From NCBI GenBank assembly GCA_017601225.1, contig JAFNIX010000005.1:55831-119830 (forward strand): 64,000 bases of DNA. Direction: 5' to 3'. The notes under the pieces are model-generated. The model searched no databases and had not been told where the DNA came from. It saw nothing but the letters and a program-made list of their open reading frames with translations. Source of the DNA: Candidatus Brockarchaeota archaeon. Lineage in GTDB: Archaea; Thermoproteota; EX4484-205; JAAOZP01. A program made the position numbers and the translations under genes. Below, one piece after another: positions 19,718-28,419 of the stretch (positions are counted from its first letter, which is position 1; each line of letters starts with the position of its first letter).

Positions 19718-20236
19718 TCAAGGCTTGCGGCCACGTGAAACAATTGAAGCGTAATTAGTCGCTGCCCATGAAGAAATAAACGATTCGTCCACCCTTAGCA
19801 GTTGAAAGGCTCCTGTTGCTGGATCGTGCACGATTATCCAATCATTTTCATATCCAACGACTACGACCGTATGAAGGCTAATCCCGATTCTTAGCCTGAT
19901 AATCACAGGATTTTCTTTTTCAATTTCCTCTCTCAATCCTCCTATCGAAAGCGATTCATATGAACAATAAATGTATCTGTCTAAAAAGGGAAGCATGTTC
20001 TCAAACCTATCGAAACCCATCGCATTTATCTCTTTCTGTGAGAAGTTTAAACCATAATATAACAGAACCATGCTGGCTGAGGCTTCAGAGCAAAGGTCGG
20101 GTTCCTGTCTAACGAAAGGAACACTTAACACTTTCCCGCTAGTATAATTTGACCGGGGGATGCTTCTATACCCGGTAGGAATAGAAAGAGCGATGGCGAG
20201 AACTATGACAAGGAGTATTAAGATTATTCCCTTCAA
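19718..20236 (-). CDS. secreted/membrane-anchored papain-like cysteine peptidase, peptidase-C39-like domain
   Basis: 172 aa. N-terminal TM/signal. Catalytic Cys in QEPDLCSEASASMVLLYYG, His in HTVVVVGYEND and Asp in IVHDPATG, arranged as in C39-like peptidases. Confidence 0.5.
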   Translation of the reverse strand: MKGIILILLVIVLAIALSIPTGYRSIPRSNYTSGKVLSVPFVRQEPDLCSEASASMVLLYYGLNFSQKEINAMGFDRFENMLPFLDRYIYCSYESLSIGGLREEIEKENPVIIRLRIGISLHTVVVVGYENDWIIVHDPATGAFQLLRVDESFISSWAATNYASIVSRGRKP

Positions 20237-20289
20237 CTCGGAATAAGTGTAGAGAGGTCTTTAATAACCTTAAATACTAATCTTGGCTT

Positions 20290-21717
20290 TCATCCGATTA
20301 TTTCTAAGAAACCAAGTATATTGTCTTTTATAGATCTTATGAAGGGGTGCCTTATCTTGCTAGTATCCCCTAGATTCTCCAGTCTATGTATTCTAAAGTA
20401 GAGAGGTGGATGGGGGTCCCAACCCAACCATTCTTGGATAGCATATCCTCGTCTAGCTTCAAGCTGAAGCCTTCGGAAACCTATTTTTTTCAAAGCATTG
20501 GCGAGGGTCTGTGGCTCACCTATTTTAATAGCGGATTCTAAATCCGCCTTAGACTCGAAAAACTTAGCTATGAAGTAGACGGCTCCAAGCGCTATTATAA
20601 GATAGAAGTATCCTAAGAAGTATAGCAGCGGCCAGAAAACGTAAAACCTGAGAAGATACTCCATGGAGGTAAGGAGAAAGAGAAACAATGGGTCCCTCCC
20701 TTTAAGATGGCTGAACTCATGTCCAATAACGCTTAGAACCTCCTTTTCCTCAAGCTGGACAAGCAGCCCTGTAGTCACTAGGATTACCCCATGGCTCGGC
20801 CAAGGCCCAGAGGCTGCAGCATTAGGCAGAGTCGTGTTAGAGACAATGATCTTGGGTATTGGAAGCTTGAATTTCTCCGCAGCCTGTTTTACAATCTCAT
20901 ACAGGTTCACGATCTTCGCTGAGGCCTTTTCAGGATTACACTCCAACCCATACTGGGACAGCACTTCCGTGCATGTCTCATAGTCTATCGGTTTCTTGAG
21001 GGCTAGAGTCTTGCTGTAAATATCTTTCTTAATCTTTGAGAAAATTTCTCCACCATGCTTGTTTAGAAAGGACTTGTATTCTGAAACTGGAATATTATAC
21101 TGGAAAACATGTATCAGAGGGTTTTTCTCCGTGATATGCCAATCCCCCATTTTCCCAATAATCCTGTCTGAGAAAAGAATGAGGATGAACTGCATTAAAA
21201 CGAGGACTATCGGAGCATACGACCCCAAGATTAGGAAGAGAATGATGCTGAGAGAGGTGAATAGGATGAAAAGGAGAAGCATGCTTTCTGAAAACATCCG
21301 GTACACAAAATTCTTACGGGCTTCGAGAATCCTTTCAGGAATTATTTCCTCGCCCTCGACCCAGGTGAAGTAGACGGTTGTTTTCCTACGCTGTTCTTCG
21401 AAAAACCTGACTGCAGCCACCAGGTTGCTTCTCAACCAGTTTACGGCTGATCCTGGAACCTCGCTACTGCTTAAAACCATTCTAACGTTGATTGGTTTTC
21501 CAATACTTATCTGAACGTCGATATACCATTTCTTATCCGGGTCTACAGCAGTAAAGTAGAGGAAACAACCAGTTTCAGAGAAGCTTTTGACAACGTTTGT
21601 AAAATGCTTCAAATTAGGAGCCACATAGTTACGATATATGAAGTCAACCAGATCCATGTAATCTGAGGGAGTTATTTGAGCATCTATTGTGAATACAAGA
21701 GTGTTTTCCTCAGTCAT
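20290..21717 (-). CDS. M48-family zinc metalloprotease (HtpX-like) with about 140 aa N-terminal cytoplasmic extension
   Basis: 475 aa. NAAASGPWPSHGVILVTTGLL..VIGHEFSHLKGRD is the HtpX HEXXH region. TM helices flank it. The N-terminal 140 aa is an extra soluble domain of unknown type. Confidence 0.7.
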   Translation of the reverse strand: MTEENTLVFTIDAQITPSDYMDLVDFIYRNYVAPNLKHFTNVVKSFSETGCFLYFTAVDPDKKWYIDVQISIGKPINVRMVLSSSEVPGSAVNWLRSNLVAAVRFFEEQRRKTTVYFTWVEGEEIIPERILEARKNFVYRMFSESMLLLFILFTSLSIILFLILGSYAPIVLVLMQFILILFSDRIIGKMGDWHITEKNPLIHVFQYNIPVSEYKSFLNKHGGEIFSKIKKDIYSKTLALKKPIDYETCTEVLSQYGLECNPEKASAKIVNLYEIVKQAAEKFKLPIPKIIVSNTTLPNAAASGPWPSHGVILVTTGLLVQLEEKEVLSVIGHEFSHLKGRDPLFLFLLTSMEYLLRFYVFWPLLYFLGYFYLIIALGAVYFIAKFFESKADLESAIKIGEPQTLANALKKIGFRRLQLEARRGYAIQEWLGWDPHPPLYFRIHRLENLGDTSKIRHPFIRSIKDNILGFLEIIG

Positions 21718-21841
21718 GATTGGTTTTCCACATCCGTGTCCACAGGAGAAGACCCTTAAAATATAAATGTTTTCAAAGCGCTTTCAAGTTAATATCTGAG
21801 AGAAAGTTTTATTTTACCCTATTCGATAGTAACGCATAGTC

Positions 21842-22576
21842 TTGAGGGTGATAGTCCCTGCTGGAGGCTTTGCAAAGCGTCTTCAACATCTTGGAGTACA
21901 CATGGCGAAGCCGCTTGTTAAGGTTTGCGACAAGCCGATAATAGACTACACCATGGAGAAAATAAGCGTGTTAAATCCGAGCGAAATCATTATCACCGTG
22001 AATAGGAAGTTTGAAAAGGATTTCAGAGAATGGCTTGGATCCAGGGGGTATGTTAACACGAGGCTGCATGTTGAGGGAAGTACACGGGAGGAGGAGAAGC
22101 CTGGAACAATCTTGTCGCTAGCGATGCTGGTTGACAAGATCGAGCAGGATGAATACCTAGTCGTAGCGGGCGATAACCTTTTCTCGCTTGATTTAAAGGA
22201 GTTCCTAGGCTTCTATCATAGCAAGAATGCACCTGTTGTGGCACTGTACGATGTTGAAAATATTGAGCTTGTTAAAATGTATTCATGCGTAAAGCTTGCT
22301 GAAGACGGTAGAATAGTGGATTTCGTAGAGAAGCCTGTAAACCCTGCTTCAACCATGATAGCCACTGCTATCTACATGTTTCCATGGGAGTCTCTCGTAA
22401 AAATCAAGAGATATGTTGAAGAGGGCGGGCACAGGGATAGTCCTGGGTACTTCGTGTCTTGGCTATGCAGGAACGAGCCTGTATACGGTTACGTTTTCCA
22501 TGGATACTGGTTCGACATCGGAACCCCCCAGACGTATGAGGAAGCCTGCAGATTTATGGAGGACCTTAAAAAGTAG
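21842..22576 (+). CDS. sugar-1-phosphate nucleotidyltransferase (NTP-transferase family; G1P thymidylyl/uridylyl- or M1P guanylyl-transferase-like)
   Basis: 244 aa. N-terminal nucleotide-binding motif VIVPAGGFAKRL..AKPL. TTG start. A T-tract (tattttttaatttt) follows the stop. Confidence 0.75.
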   Translation: MRVIVPAGGFAKRLQHLGVHMAKPLVKVCDKPIIDYTMEKISVLNPSEIIITVNRKFEKDFREWLGSRGYVNTRLHVEGSTREEEKPGTILSLAMLVDKIEQDEYLVVAGDNLFSLDLKEFLGFYHSKNAPVVALYDVENIELVKMYSCVKLAEDGRIVDFVEKPVNPASTMIATAIYMFPWESLVKIKRYVEEGGHRDSPGYFVSWLCRNEPVYGYVFHGYWFDIGTPQTYEEACRFMEDLKK

Positions 22577-22771
22577 CTTAAGTATTTTTTAATTTTACCG
22601 TCTCAGAGTCTGTTAAAAAGTGAGACATGCGTTATAGGCTTGCAGAAAAACCCACGCGGTAATGTTCTTAGGTCGGTCGCAGCTGGTGAAGATAAGCCAT
22701 TTAAAGCGCTTGCCGTAATCCCAGAGTCGAGCTTAAAACTTTAAGAAATCTACACTGGAGTATTTGTAGGA

Positions 22772-23917
22772 ATGGCCTCCAGATACGAGGAGCTGGGCGT
22801 TGATGTGAGCAAGAAAGGAGTGGAGTTTTTAAAGAGGATAACGGACGACGTTTTCCCCGAAGCCTTCTCCCCTGTGGTTAAGGATCCTTCAAACCCCGGC
22901 TGGGGGATAATTCTTCACACTGATGGCGCTGGAACCAAGCCGGTTGTCTCCTACCTCTACTATAAGGAGACTGGTGAGGCGAAGTTCTTTGAAACCTTGG
23001 CTGATGACGTTGTCGCTATGAATGTTGACGACGCTGCGTGTGTAGGGGGTATTCCGGCAGCCTTCTCAGACTACGTTGCTGTAAACCCTTTTAAAGTCCC
23101 TAAGCAGGAGCTCCTTAAAAGCCTGGCTAAAGGTTTCTCCAGAGTTTTTTCAAGGCTTAGAGAAAGTAGGATTGAAGTTTTTTTCAGTGGCGGTGAGACA
23201 GCTGACCTACCCGACATCGTCAGGACGTTCGACGTTTCAGGAACAGTAATGGCTAGGGTCAAGCTCTCTAAAGTGATAACCGGCGGGAAAATCTCGCCTG
23301 GGGATATTATAGTAGGGTTGAGGAGCGGGGGGAAGTCGACATTTGAAGAGAAGGAGAATAGTGGAATAATGTGCAACGGGATAACGCTTGCGAGGCACTG
23401 CCTGTTAGCGAAAGAATACTTGGATAAGTATCCTGAGATAGGCTCAGAAGCCAAAGGGTATTCCGGCCGCTTCAAAATAGATTCGTTCGTCGACGAGCTT
23501 GACATGACGATTGGGGAGGCTCTGCTTTCACCAACTAGAATTTATCTTCCAATAATACTCGAAGTCCTGAAAAACGTTGAGGTGAAGGCAATAATCCATA
23601 ATACTGGAGGAGGTTTAACGAAATGCCTGAAAATAGGCAGTAACATAAAGTACGTTAAGGATAATCTTCCTGAACCGGATCCAATATTTAGGCTTATACG
23701 TGCTGAAAGCCGAGAGGCTCCGGTAAATATGTATCGAAGCTTTAACATGGGAATAGGTTTAGAGATAATTGTTGAGAAAGGTTTTGAAGATACCGTTGCG
23801 GATATATCTGAAAAGTTCAACGTCGGTGCCAAGGCAATCGGTAGGTGTGAGAAATCTTCTGAGGGAAACTCGCTAATAATTATTTCAAAAGATGGTAAAT
23901 TTGAGTATCGCGTCTAA
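22772..23917 (+). CDS. purM: phosphoribosylformylglycinamidine cyclo-ligase (AIR synthetase)
   Basis: 381 aa. PurM motifs YEELGVDV (YKDAGVDI-like) and DDVVAMNVDDAACVGG (LVAMCVNDL-like). It is unlinked from the main pur operon. Confidence 0.65.
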   Translation: MASRYEELGVDVSKKGVEFLKRITDDVFPEAFSPVVKDPSNPGWGIILHTDGAGTKPVVSYLYYKETGEAKFFETLADDVVAMNVDDAACVGGIPAAFSDYVAVNPFKVPKQELLKSLAKGFSRVFSRLRESRIEVFFSGGETADLPDIVRTFDVSGTVMARVKLSKVITGGKISPGDIIVGLRSGGKSTFEEKENSGIMCNGITLARHCLLAKEYLDKYPEIGSEAKGYSGRFKIDSFVDELDMTIGEALLSPTRIYLPIILEVLKNVEVKAIIHNTGGGLTKCLKIGSNIKYVKDNLPEPDPIFRLIRAESREAPVNMYRSFNMGIGLEIIVEKGFEDTVADISEKFNVGAKAIGRCEKSSEGNSLIIISKDGKFEYRV

Positions 23918-23978
23918 GCGTTAATTAAAAGAGTTACTAATCGGGTTTGATGAAAAACGCGGGAGAGAAGGACTCCTG

Positions 23979-24212
23979 TTAATCTGGGGAGAAAGATATC
24001 AGGGTCTCCGTGTGCTCCACGTGCTCAAGCTTCTCCAGAACCTCATATATGGTTTTTCTGAGTTCCTCCAGGCTCTTAGATTCTATAACCAGTACTGCAT
24101 CATACCTTCCTAGGACAGAATTAGCCAGTTTAACACCCTTGATCCTTCTTGCCCTTACGACTTCTTCAGAAGTACCGGGCTTTGTTCTAACTAGGATGAA
24201 GGCCCTGATCAT
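23979..24212 (-). CDS. stand-alone Lrp/AsnC ligand-binding (RAM) domain protein
   Basis: 77 aa. The beta-alpha-beta-beta-alpha-beta RAM pattern (ILVRTKPG..VLGRYDAVLVIES) with no HTH domain. Confidence 0.6.
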   Translation of the reverse strand: MIRAFILVRTKPGTSEEVVRARRIKGVKLANSVLGRYDAVLVIESKSLEELRKTIYEVLEKLEHVEHTETLISFSPD

Positions 24213-24218
24213 TTCAAG

Positions 24219-24452
24219 TCACTGCAGAACTATTGAGGTTTCCGTTCTAACTATATTCGGAATCTTCTCAATAACCTCGTAAAGCAACCTAGTTAATTCC
24301 TCAGGACTCTCGGCTTCCACGGACACCACCACGTCGAACCTACCGTAGATAGGGTCAGCCGAATGAACACCCCTAATCTTCTTAATTTCGTTTGAAACCT
24401 CTATGGATGTTCCGGGCTTCGTCACTATGAACACGTATGCTTTAACAACCAT
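24219..24452 (-). CDS. stand-alone Lrp/AsnC ligand-binding (RAM) domain protein, tandem paralog
   Basis: 77 aa. About 50% identical to the neighbour (YVFIVTKPGTS..PIYGRFDVVVSVEA). Confidence 0.6.
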   Translation of the reverse strand: MVVKAYVFIVTKPGTSIEVSNEIKKIRGVHSADPIYGRFDVVVSVEAESPEELTRLLYEVIEKIPNIVRTETSIVLQ

Positions 24453-24991
24453 AGTTATACATTCTCAAAGGAAGTATTTAATCGTTTTCCTCCCAGTATA
24501 AATAATTAGGAATAAAAGCATCGGGTTCGCGAGGAAAGATTTTTCTTACTCCACCCTAACAGCAGTCCCACGGCGGTTATTACTATGAAGCCTCTAGGAT
24601 TTCAGACGTTTCAAATCTATGCCAACTACCCGTTTTGCACCCATTGAGGCTGCTTTCATCATCAGGTTCTCAAGGGCTTCGCTCCTTGCCTTCCTCGATT
24701 TCTGAGAGTTATGCTTCCAGCTTACCCCCAACTAGCTCTATATCCCGACTACAAATCTTCCGAACCAGTGCACGCTAAGAGAGTTAACAGTCTATACTGG
24801 GGTATAATTTTAATCCATGTCTTATTACCATCAACACTGCTTGTCCTCTCGTACTTCTTCATGGTAAAGGTGTTACAGCTTATTGAGCCCTCGAACCCCC
24901 GATATGCTGGAATAGTATTGTTGATGTTCGGCTTAGGTATCTCCATTCTAACCGTCTTGCGGGGTCCCTCTCCCTATGTCATCGCTATCAG

Positions 24992-25442
24992 GTGGTATTC
25001 CTAAAAACTCCACTTCTCCCTTGTTTTTACCCCAGTTTGACCCCCTACAGAACTCGCCAGCTTTTTTTAAACGATGTCGTTTTCGCATACATCTTCGGCA
25101 GCAGATCTAGAAACCCAGTTAGGGAGTACAGTGATTACGATATCGCTGTGTTTTTTAGAAACAATAATGTTAGCCTGTTGGACGAAATAACTCTTGGAGC
25201 TAGATATCGCTGAAACCCTCAGAATTCCGGCGGATAAGGTTGACATTGTGGCGTTGAATAAGGCGGATACGATCTTAATAGCGAGGGTTTTCAAAGAGGG
25301 TGGAGTGATTTACTCGGATGACAAGGATTTAAGGAGGAAATGGGAGAGGGAAACGTATTTGAAGATACTTGAGGAAACCAGCTTGACAAACGTTTACGTG
25401 AACAGAGTGCTTAAGAAGAGGCTTGGAACGGACGGATGCTAA
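24992..25442 (+). pseudogene. minimal nucleotidyltransferase (MNT, Pol-beta-like; toxin-antitoxin-type) split by a frameshift near nt 25185-25196
   Basis: The upstream frame encodes VVFAYIFGSRSRN..SDYDIAVFF (the GS/DxD NTase motif). The downstream frame continues with LELDIAETLRIPADKVDIVALNKAD, which is the typical MNT C-terminal part. Confidence 0.5.
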
Positions 25443-25604
25443 AATTTTGAACGGAAGAAATTATAGTGTATGCTTAGGAGCGGATTGTCGAACTCGACAT
25501 GGCAGAATCTGGCGTGATTGCTGGCAGTTGATGACTTGAATGAGTGTGCCTCGAGCGAATCAAAACCTAAAAGCTTAAATAGGTAGTAAAAAGTATTACT
25601 TGGT

Positions 25605-25874
25605 ATGACCAATATTAAGATAAGCATAAGCATTCCAGAAGCTGTTCTGAAGAGGGTAGACGCTCTTTGTAAGCAGTTGAACATGGCTAGAAGCGAGGCC
25701 ATAGCTAGAATATTGGAGGAAAAGCTGGGAGCAGAAGTTGAAGCCAAAGACCATAGGTATCCAACGGTTTTATGGAAGCTGAGCTCAACCGGCTACCTCA
25801 GGCTCAGATCCCCGCGTATACGTGGCAGGTCGATTAAGGGGAAGTGGGTTGTCGAGGAGGTTGAAGAAAAGTGA
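25605..25874 (+). CDS. ribbon-helix-helix (CopG/RHH_1) DNA-binding protein
   Basis: 89 aa. The N-terminal ISISIPEAVLKRVDALCKQLNMARSEAIARILEE is a textbook RHH. Confidence 0.65.
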   Translation: MTNIKISISIPEAVLKRVDALCKQLNMARSEAIARILEEKLGAEVEAKDHRYPTVLWKLSSTGYLRLRSPRIRGRSIKGKWVVEEVEEK

Positions 25875-26305
25875 AGATTAGCTACCACTATGCAGAGGAC
25901 GGGTATACGGATCACGGGGAAAAAATACCAGATATCCCGGTCGTTCACCTCGTTATTAGGGCCGGTAAATATCGGGCGCATGGGGCGGCTATAATCGACA
26001 CTGGCTTTGACGGCGGGATATATCCCAACATGGAGATAGTGAGAATGTTCGAAGGAGTTGAGCCGACCGCAAAAACTATCTTTGAAAATCCTCTGTACGG
26101 CGCCTCGGAGTTTGAGATATACATGGGGGAGGCTTCTCTATACTATGGCGGGAAACAGATAGGTCTCGGCAGGGTCAGGGTTTACATCCCTACCGAGCCC
26201 GAACTCTTGACGGGCGAAGTACTCGTAGGCAGGGAGGTTTTAAACAATAAAATAATGTCACTGGCAATGAATATGCGTAAAAAACGAGTCCTTCTAGAGC
26301 TTTAG
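25871..26305 (+). CDS. retropepsin-like (clan AA) aspartic-peptidase-domain protein
   Basis: 144 aa. GAAIIDTGFDGG (hydrophobic-hydrophobic-D-T-G) and downstream VLVGREVL (GR[DNE]hL flap/dimer motif). GTGA start-stop overlap with the RHH gene. Confidence 0.4.
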   Translation: MKISYHYAEDGYTDHGEKIPDIPVVHLVIRAGKYRAHGAAIIDTGFDGGIYPNMEIVRMFEGVEPTAKTIFENPLYGASEFEIYMGEASLYYGGKQIGLGRVRVYIPTEPELLTGEVLVGREVLNNKIMSLAMNMRKKRVLLEL

Positions 26306-26424
26306 CATGTACCTACATTGAATGAATGCCTTCAAAAAATTTCTGAACGGAAGAATTTGTAATCTGGAGAATAATTACCGTAATTCCATTAATCGTTCTC
26401 TGGTTCATAATACTCGACGAGAAG

Positions 26425-26637
26425 ATGTTCACAAGCCTGATTAAGAATCAGGGCTTCGGGGCTGCACTGGTTATTGCGGCTAGCGCCGCTTCAATATCAT
26501 GGACCTATGAAGTATTGAAAAAGCTTTACAGAGTTCTTCAGATCAAGCTATTACCGGGCAGGCTTATAATAAGCATAGGGTTCTTCACATTACTGCTGAC
26601 GGCGAAAGCAATATACTCGTGGCAAACTCAAAACTGA
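26425..26637 (+). CDS. small hypothetical membrane protein (2 TM)
   Basis: 70 aa ORF with two hydrophobic helices. No other support. Confidence 0.2.
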   Translation: MFTSLIKNQGFGAALVIAASAASISWTYEVLKKLYRVLQIKLLPGRLIISIGFFTLLLTAKAIYSWQTQN

Positions 26638-26896
26638 AGACTCTTCGTAGGAGGCGTTTTTCTCACAATATTCTACTTCCTATTTCTCTGAAGCTGGTTA
26701 GCGCGCGCTACACATGTTAATTTTTGCTTAAAGAATTTGGAAGCTGGCTTTCAGGTCAATTAGGCTTCGGTTTTTCCCCAGCATGACCGTAAACCAGTCT
26801 TCAGAGGAGCAGGGAACAGAATATTGCGAAAACCGTGCTCTACCTACTTGAAGTCTTTAAACATAAACTTGGTAATTTAACTCGTTCATGTCAGCG

Positions 26897-26910
26897 AATT
26901 TTTAAATACC
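26897..26910 (+). promoter_or_regulatory. putative BRE/TATA box (cgaaTTTTTAAATAcc) about 27 bp upstream of the purF start codon; implies a leaderless pur-operon transcript
   Basis: AT-rich octamer preceded by a purine-rich BRE-like stretch. No SD between it and the ATG at 26935. Confidence 0.3.
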
Positions 26911-26934
26911 CGCCGGAAATGTTTTTAGCTGTAA

Positions 26935-28419
26935 ATGCTTGCCGAGAGCTGTGGCGTGTTTGGGGCGAAGTGTTTAGACGGAAGGTGTGTTTTCGACCTT
27001 TTATACTGGGGGCTTGTGGCGCAGAACCATCGGGGTCATGAGTCATATGGTTTTTTAACTTGTGCGGAGGGTTTCAGGCGTCACGTGAACGTTGGGCTTG
27101 TCCCACAGATTTTTGGTGAAAGGTATTCCAGGTGGCGCAACTTTCTTCAGGGTTCTACCGGTATTGCTCACGTCAGGTATGGCACCTCGGGGGATAGGGG
27201 TTCCTCTTCTCGCCTGAATGATGCTCAGCCGTTGATCTCTTCACACGGGAGGGAGAAGATCGGTTTCGCTTTCAACGGTAATATTGTTAACGTTAACGAG
27301 CTTAGGAGTCGTCTGAAGGCTTCCGAGGGTTTTGAAGCGGGCTGTGACGCGGCTGTTTTGTCGAAAATACTTGTCACGAGTATTGATGGCGGCTTGACCA
27401 GTGGTGTTGAACGTTGCATGAGGGATGTTGAAGGAGCCTTCTCTGTCGTGGGCCTGAGGCCTAACGGGGAGCTTTTCGCCTTCAGGGATCCGTTGGGTAT
27501 TAGGCCTCTCAGCATCGGGGTTAGCGAGGATGGTGCGGTTAATGCTTTCTCCTCCGAGACTGTTGGGCTTGACATTAACGGGCTTAGGTTTATGGATGAT
27601 GTTAAGCCTGGTGAGATTGTTGTCTTCAGCAGGGATGGTGTTGAAAGGGAAAGGCTTGTGAAGAAGGATAGGTCTGCTTTCTGCGCTTTCGAATACGCTT
27701 ACTTCGCTAGGCCTGATTCCCTGCTCAACGGAAAGTATGTGTTCAGCGTGCGGGAGGAGTTTGGCAGAAACCTTGGGAGGAGGTTTAGGGATGTTGTTGA
27801 GAAATCGGATGTGATTCTTTCAATGCCTGAGACTGCTGAGGACGCTGCGTACGGTCTGCATGAGGAGACAGGCTTGAAATGGGAGAGGATACTGAGGAGG
27901 CACAGGTATGTTACCCAGAGGGCTTTCATTCTTGAGCCCAGTGAAAGGGTTTCAACCATCGATAAAAAGGTGAACATTATGAACGGGAGGCTTAAGGGTA
28001 AAAAGGTTATTGTTGTCGACGACAGTATTGTCAGGGGTGATACAACTAGGACTGTGGTCAGGAAGCTTAGGAGGGCTGGCGCCGAAAAAGTCTATCTATT
28101 CATTACTTTCCCACGGATAACTCACCCGTGTTTCTACGGTGTTGACATGGCTACTTTCACAGAGCTCATCGGCTTCAGGTTTGACGAGGAGGGTGTTGCG
28201 AAGCATGTTGGCGCCGACGGGGTTTTCTACCAGCCTCTGGAAGACTACGTCAGGGCCACGGGAATGAGGTTCAACGAGCTTTGCCTAGCCTGCGTCACGG
28301 GCGAGTATCCGACTGAGCTTGCTCAGAAGATGGCTGACGCGGCCAAGGCTTCGACAGACATGGACGAGAGGAGGATCTATGAGAGGGCTGAGCTCACGAG
28401 GCTGGGGGGATCCACATGA
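26935..28419 (+). CDS. purF: amidophosphoribosyltransferase
   Basis: 494 aa. N-terminal CGVFG (Cys1 nucleophile after propeptide), NHRGHESYG, the class-II GATase FAFNGNIVNVNEL, and the PRTase motif VVDDSIVRGDTTR. Confidence 0.85.
   Translation: MLAESCGVFGAKCLDGRCVFDLLYWGLVAQNHRGHESYGFLTCAEGFRRHVNVGLVPQIFGERYSRWRNFLQGSTGIAHVRYGTSGDRGSSSRLNDAQPLISSHGREKIGFAFNGNIVNVNELRSRLKASEGFEAGCDAAVLSKILVTSIDGGLTSGVERCMRDVEGAFSVVGLRPNGELFAFRDPLGIRPLSIGVSEDGAVNAFSSETVGLDINGLRFMDDVKPGEIVVFSRDGVERERLVKKDRSAFCAFEYAYFARPDSLLNGKYVFSVREEFGRNLGRRFRDVVEKSDVILSMPETAEDAAYGLHEETGLKWERILRRHRYVTQRAFILEPSERVSTIDKKVNIMNGRLKGKKVIVVDDSIVRGDTTRTVVRKLRRAGAEKVYLFITFPRITHPCFYGVDMATFTELIGFRFDEEGVAKHVGADGVFYQPLEDYVRATGMRFNELCLACVTGEYPTELAQKMADAAKASTDMDERRIYERAELTRLGGST

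Noticed and set aside
22577-22771. Intergenic region after the nucleotidyltransferase gene scanned for small RNA or tRNA
   Set aside because: It contains only a GTCTCA-N15-TGAGAC inverted repeat plus a T-tract, consistent with a terminator. There is no tRNA-like structure.
24711-25004. 97-aa hydrophobic ORF (and the antisense 24749-24946 ORF) upstream of the MNT fragment
   Set aside because: It has no motif and overlaps an alternative antisense ORF. It was not listed as a feature. It could be a real small membrane protein, but there is no support.
25067-25747. Minus-strand ORFs 25067-25294 and 25439-25747 in the MNT/RHH region
   Set aside because: They overlap the better-supported + strand MNT and RHH readings and have no recognisable domain.
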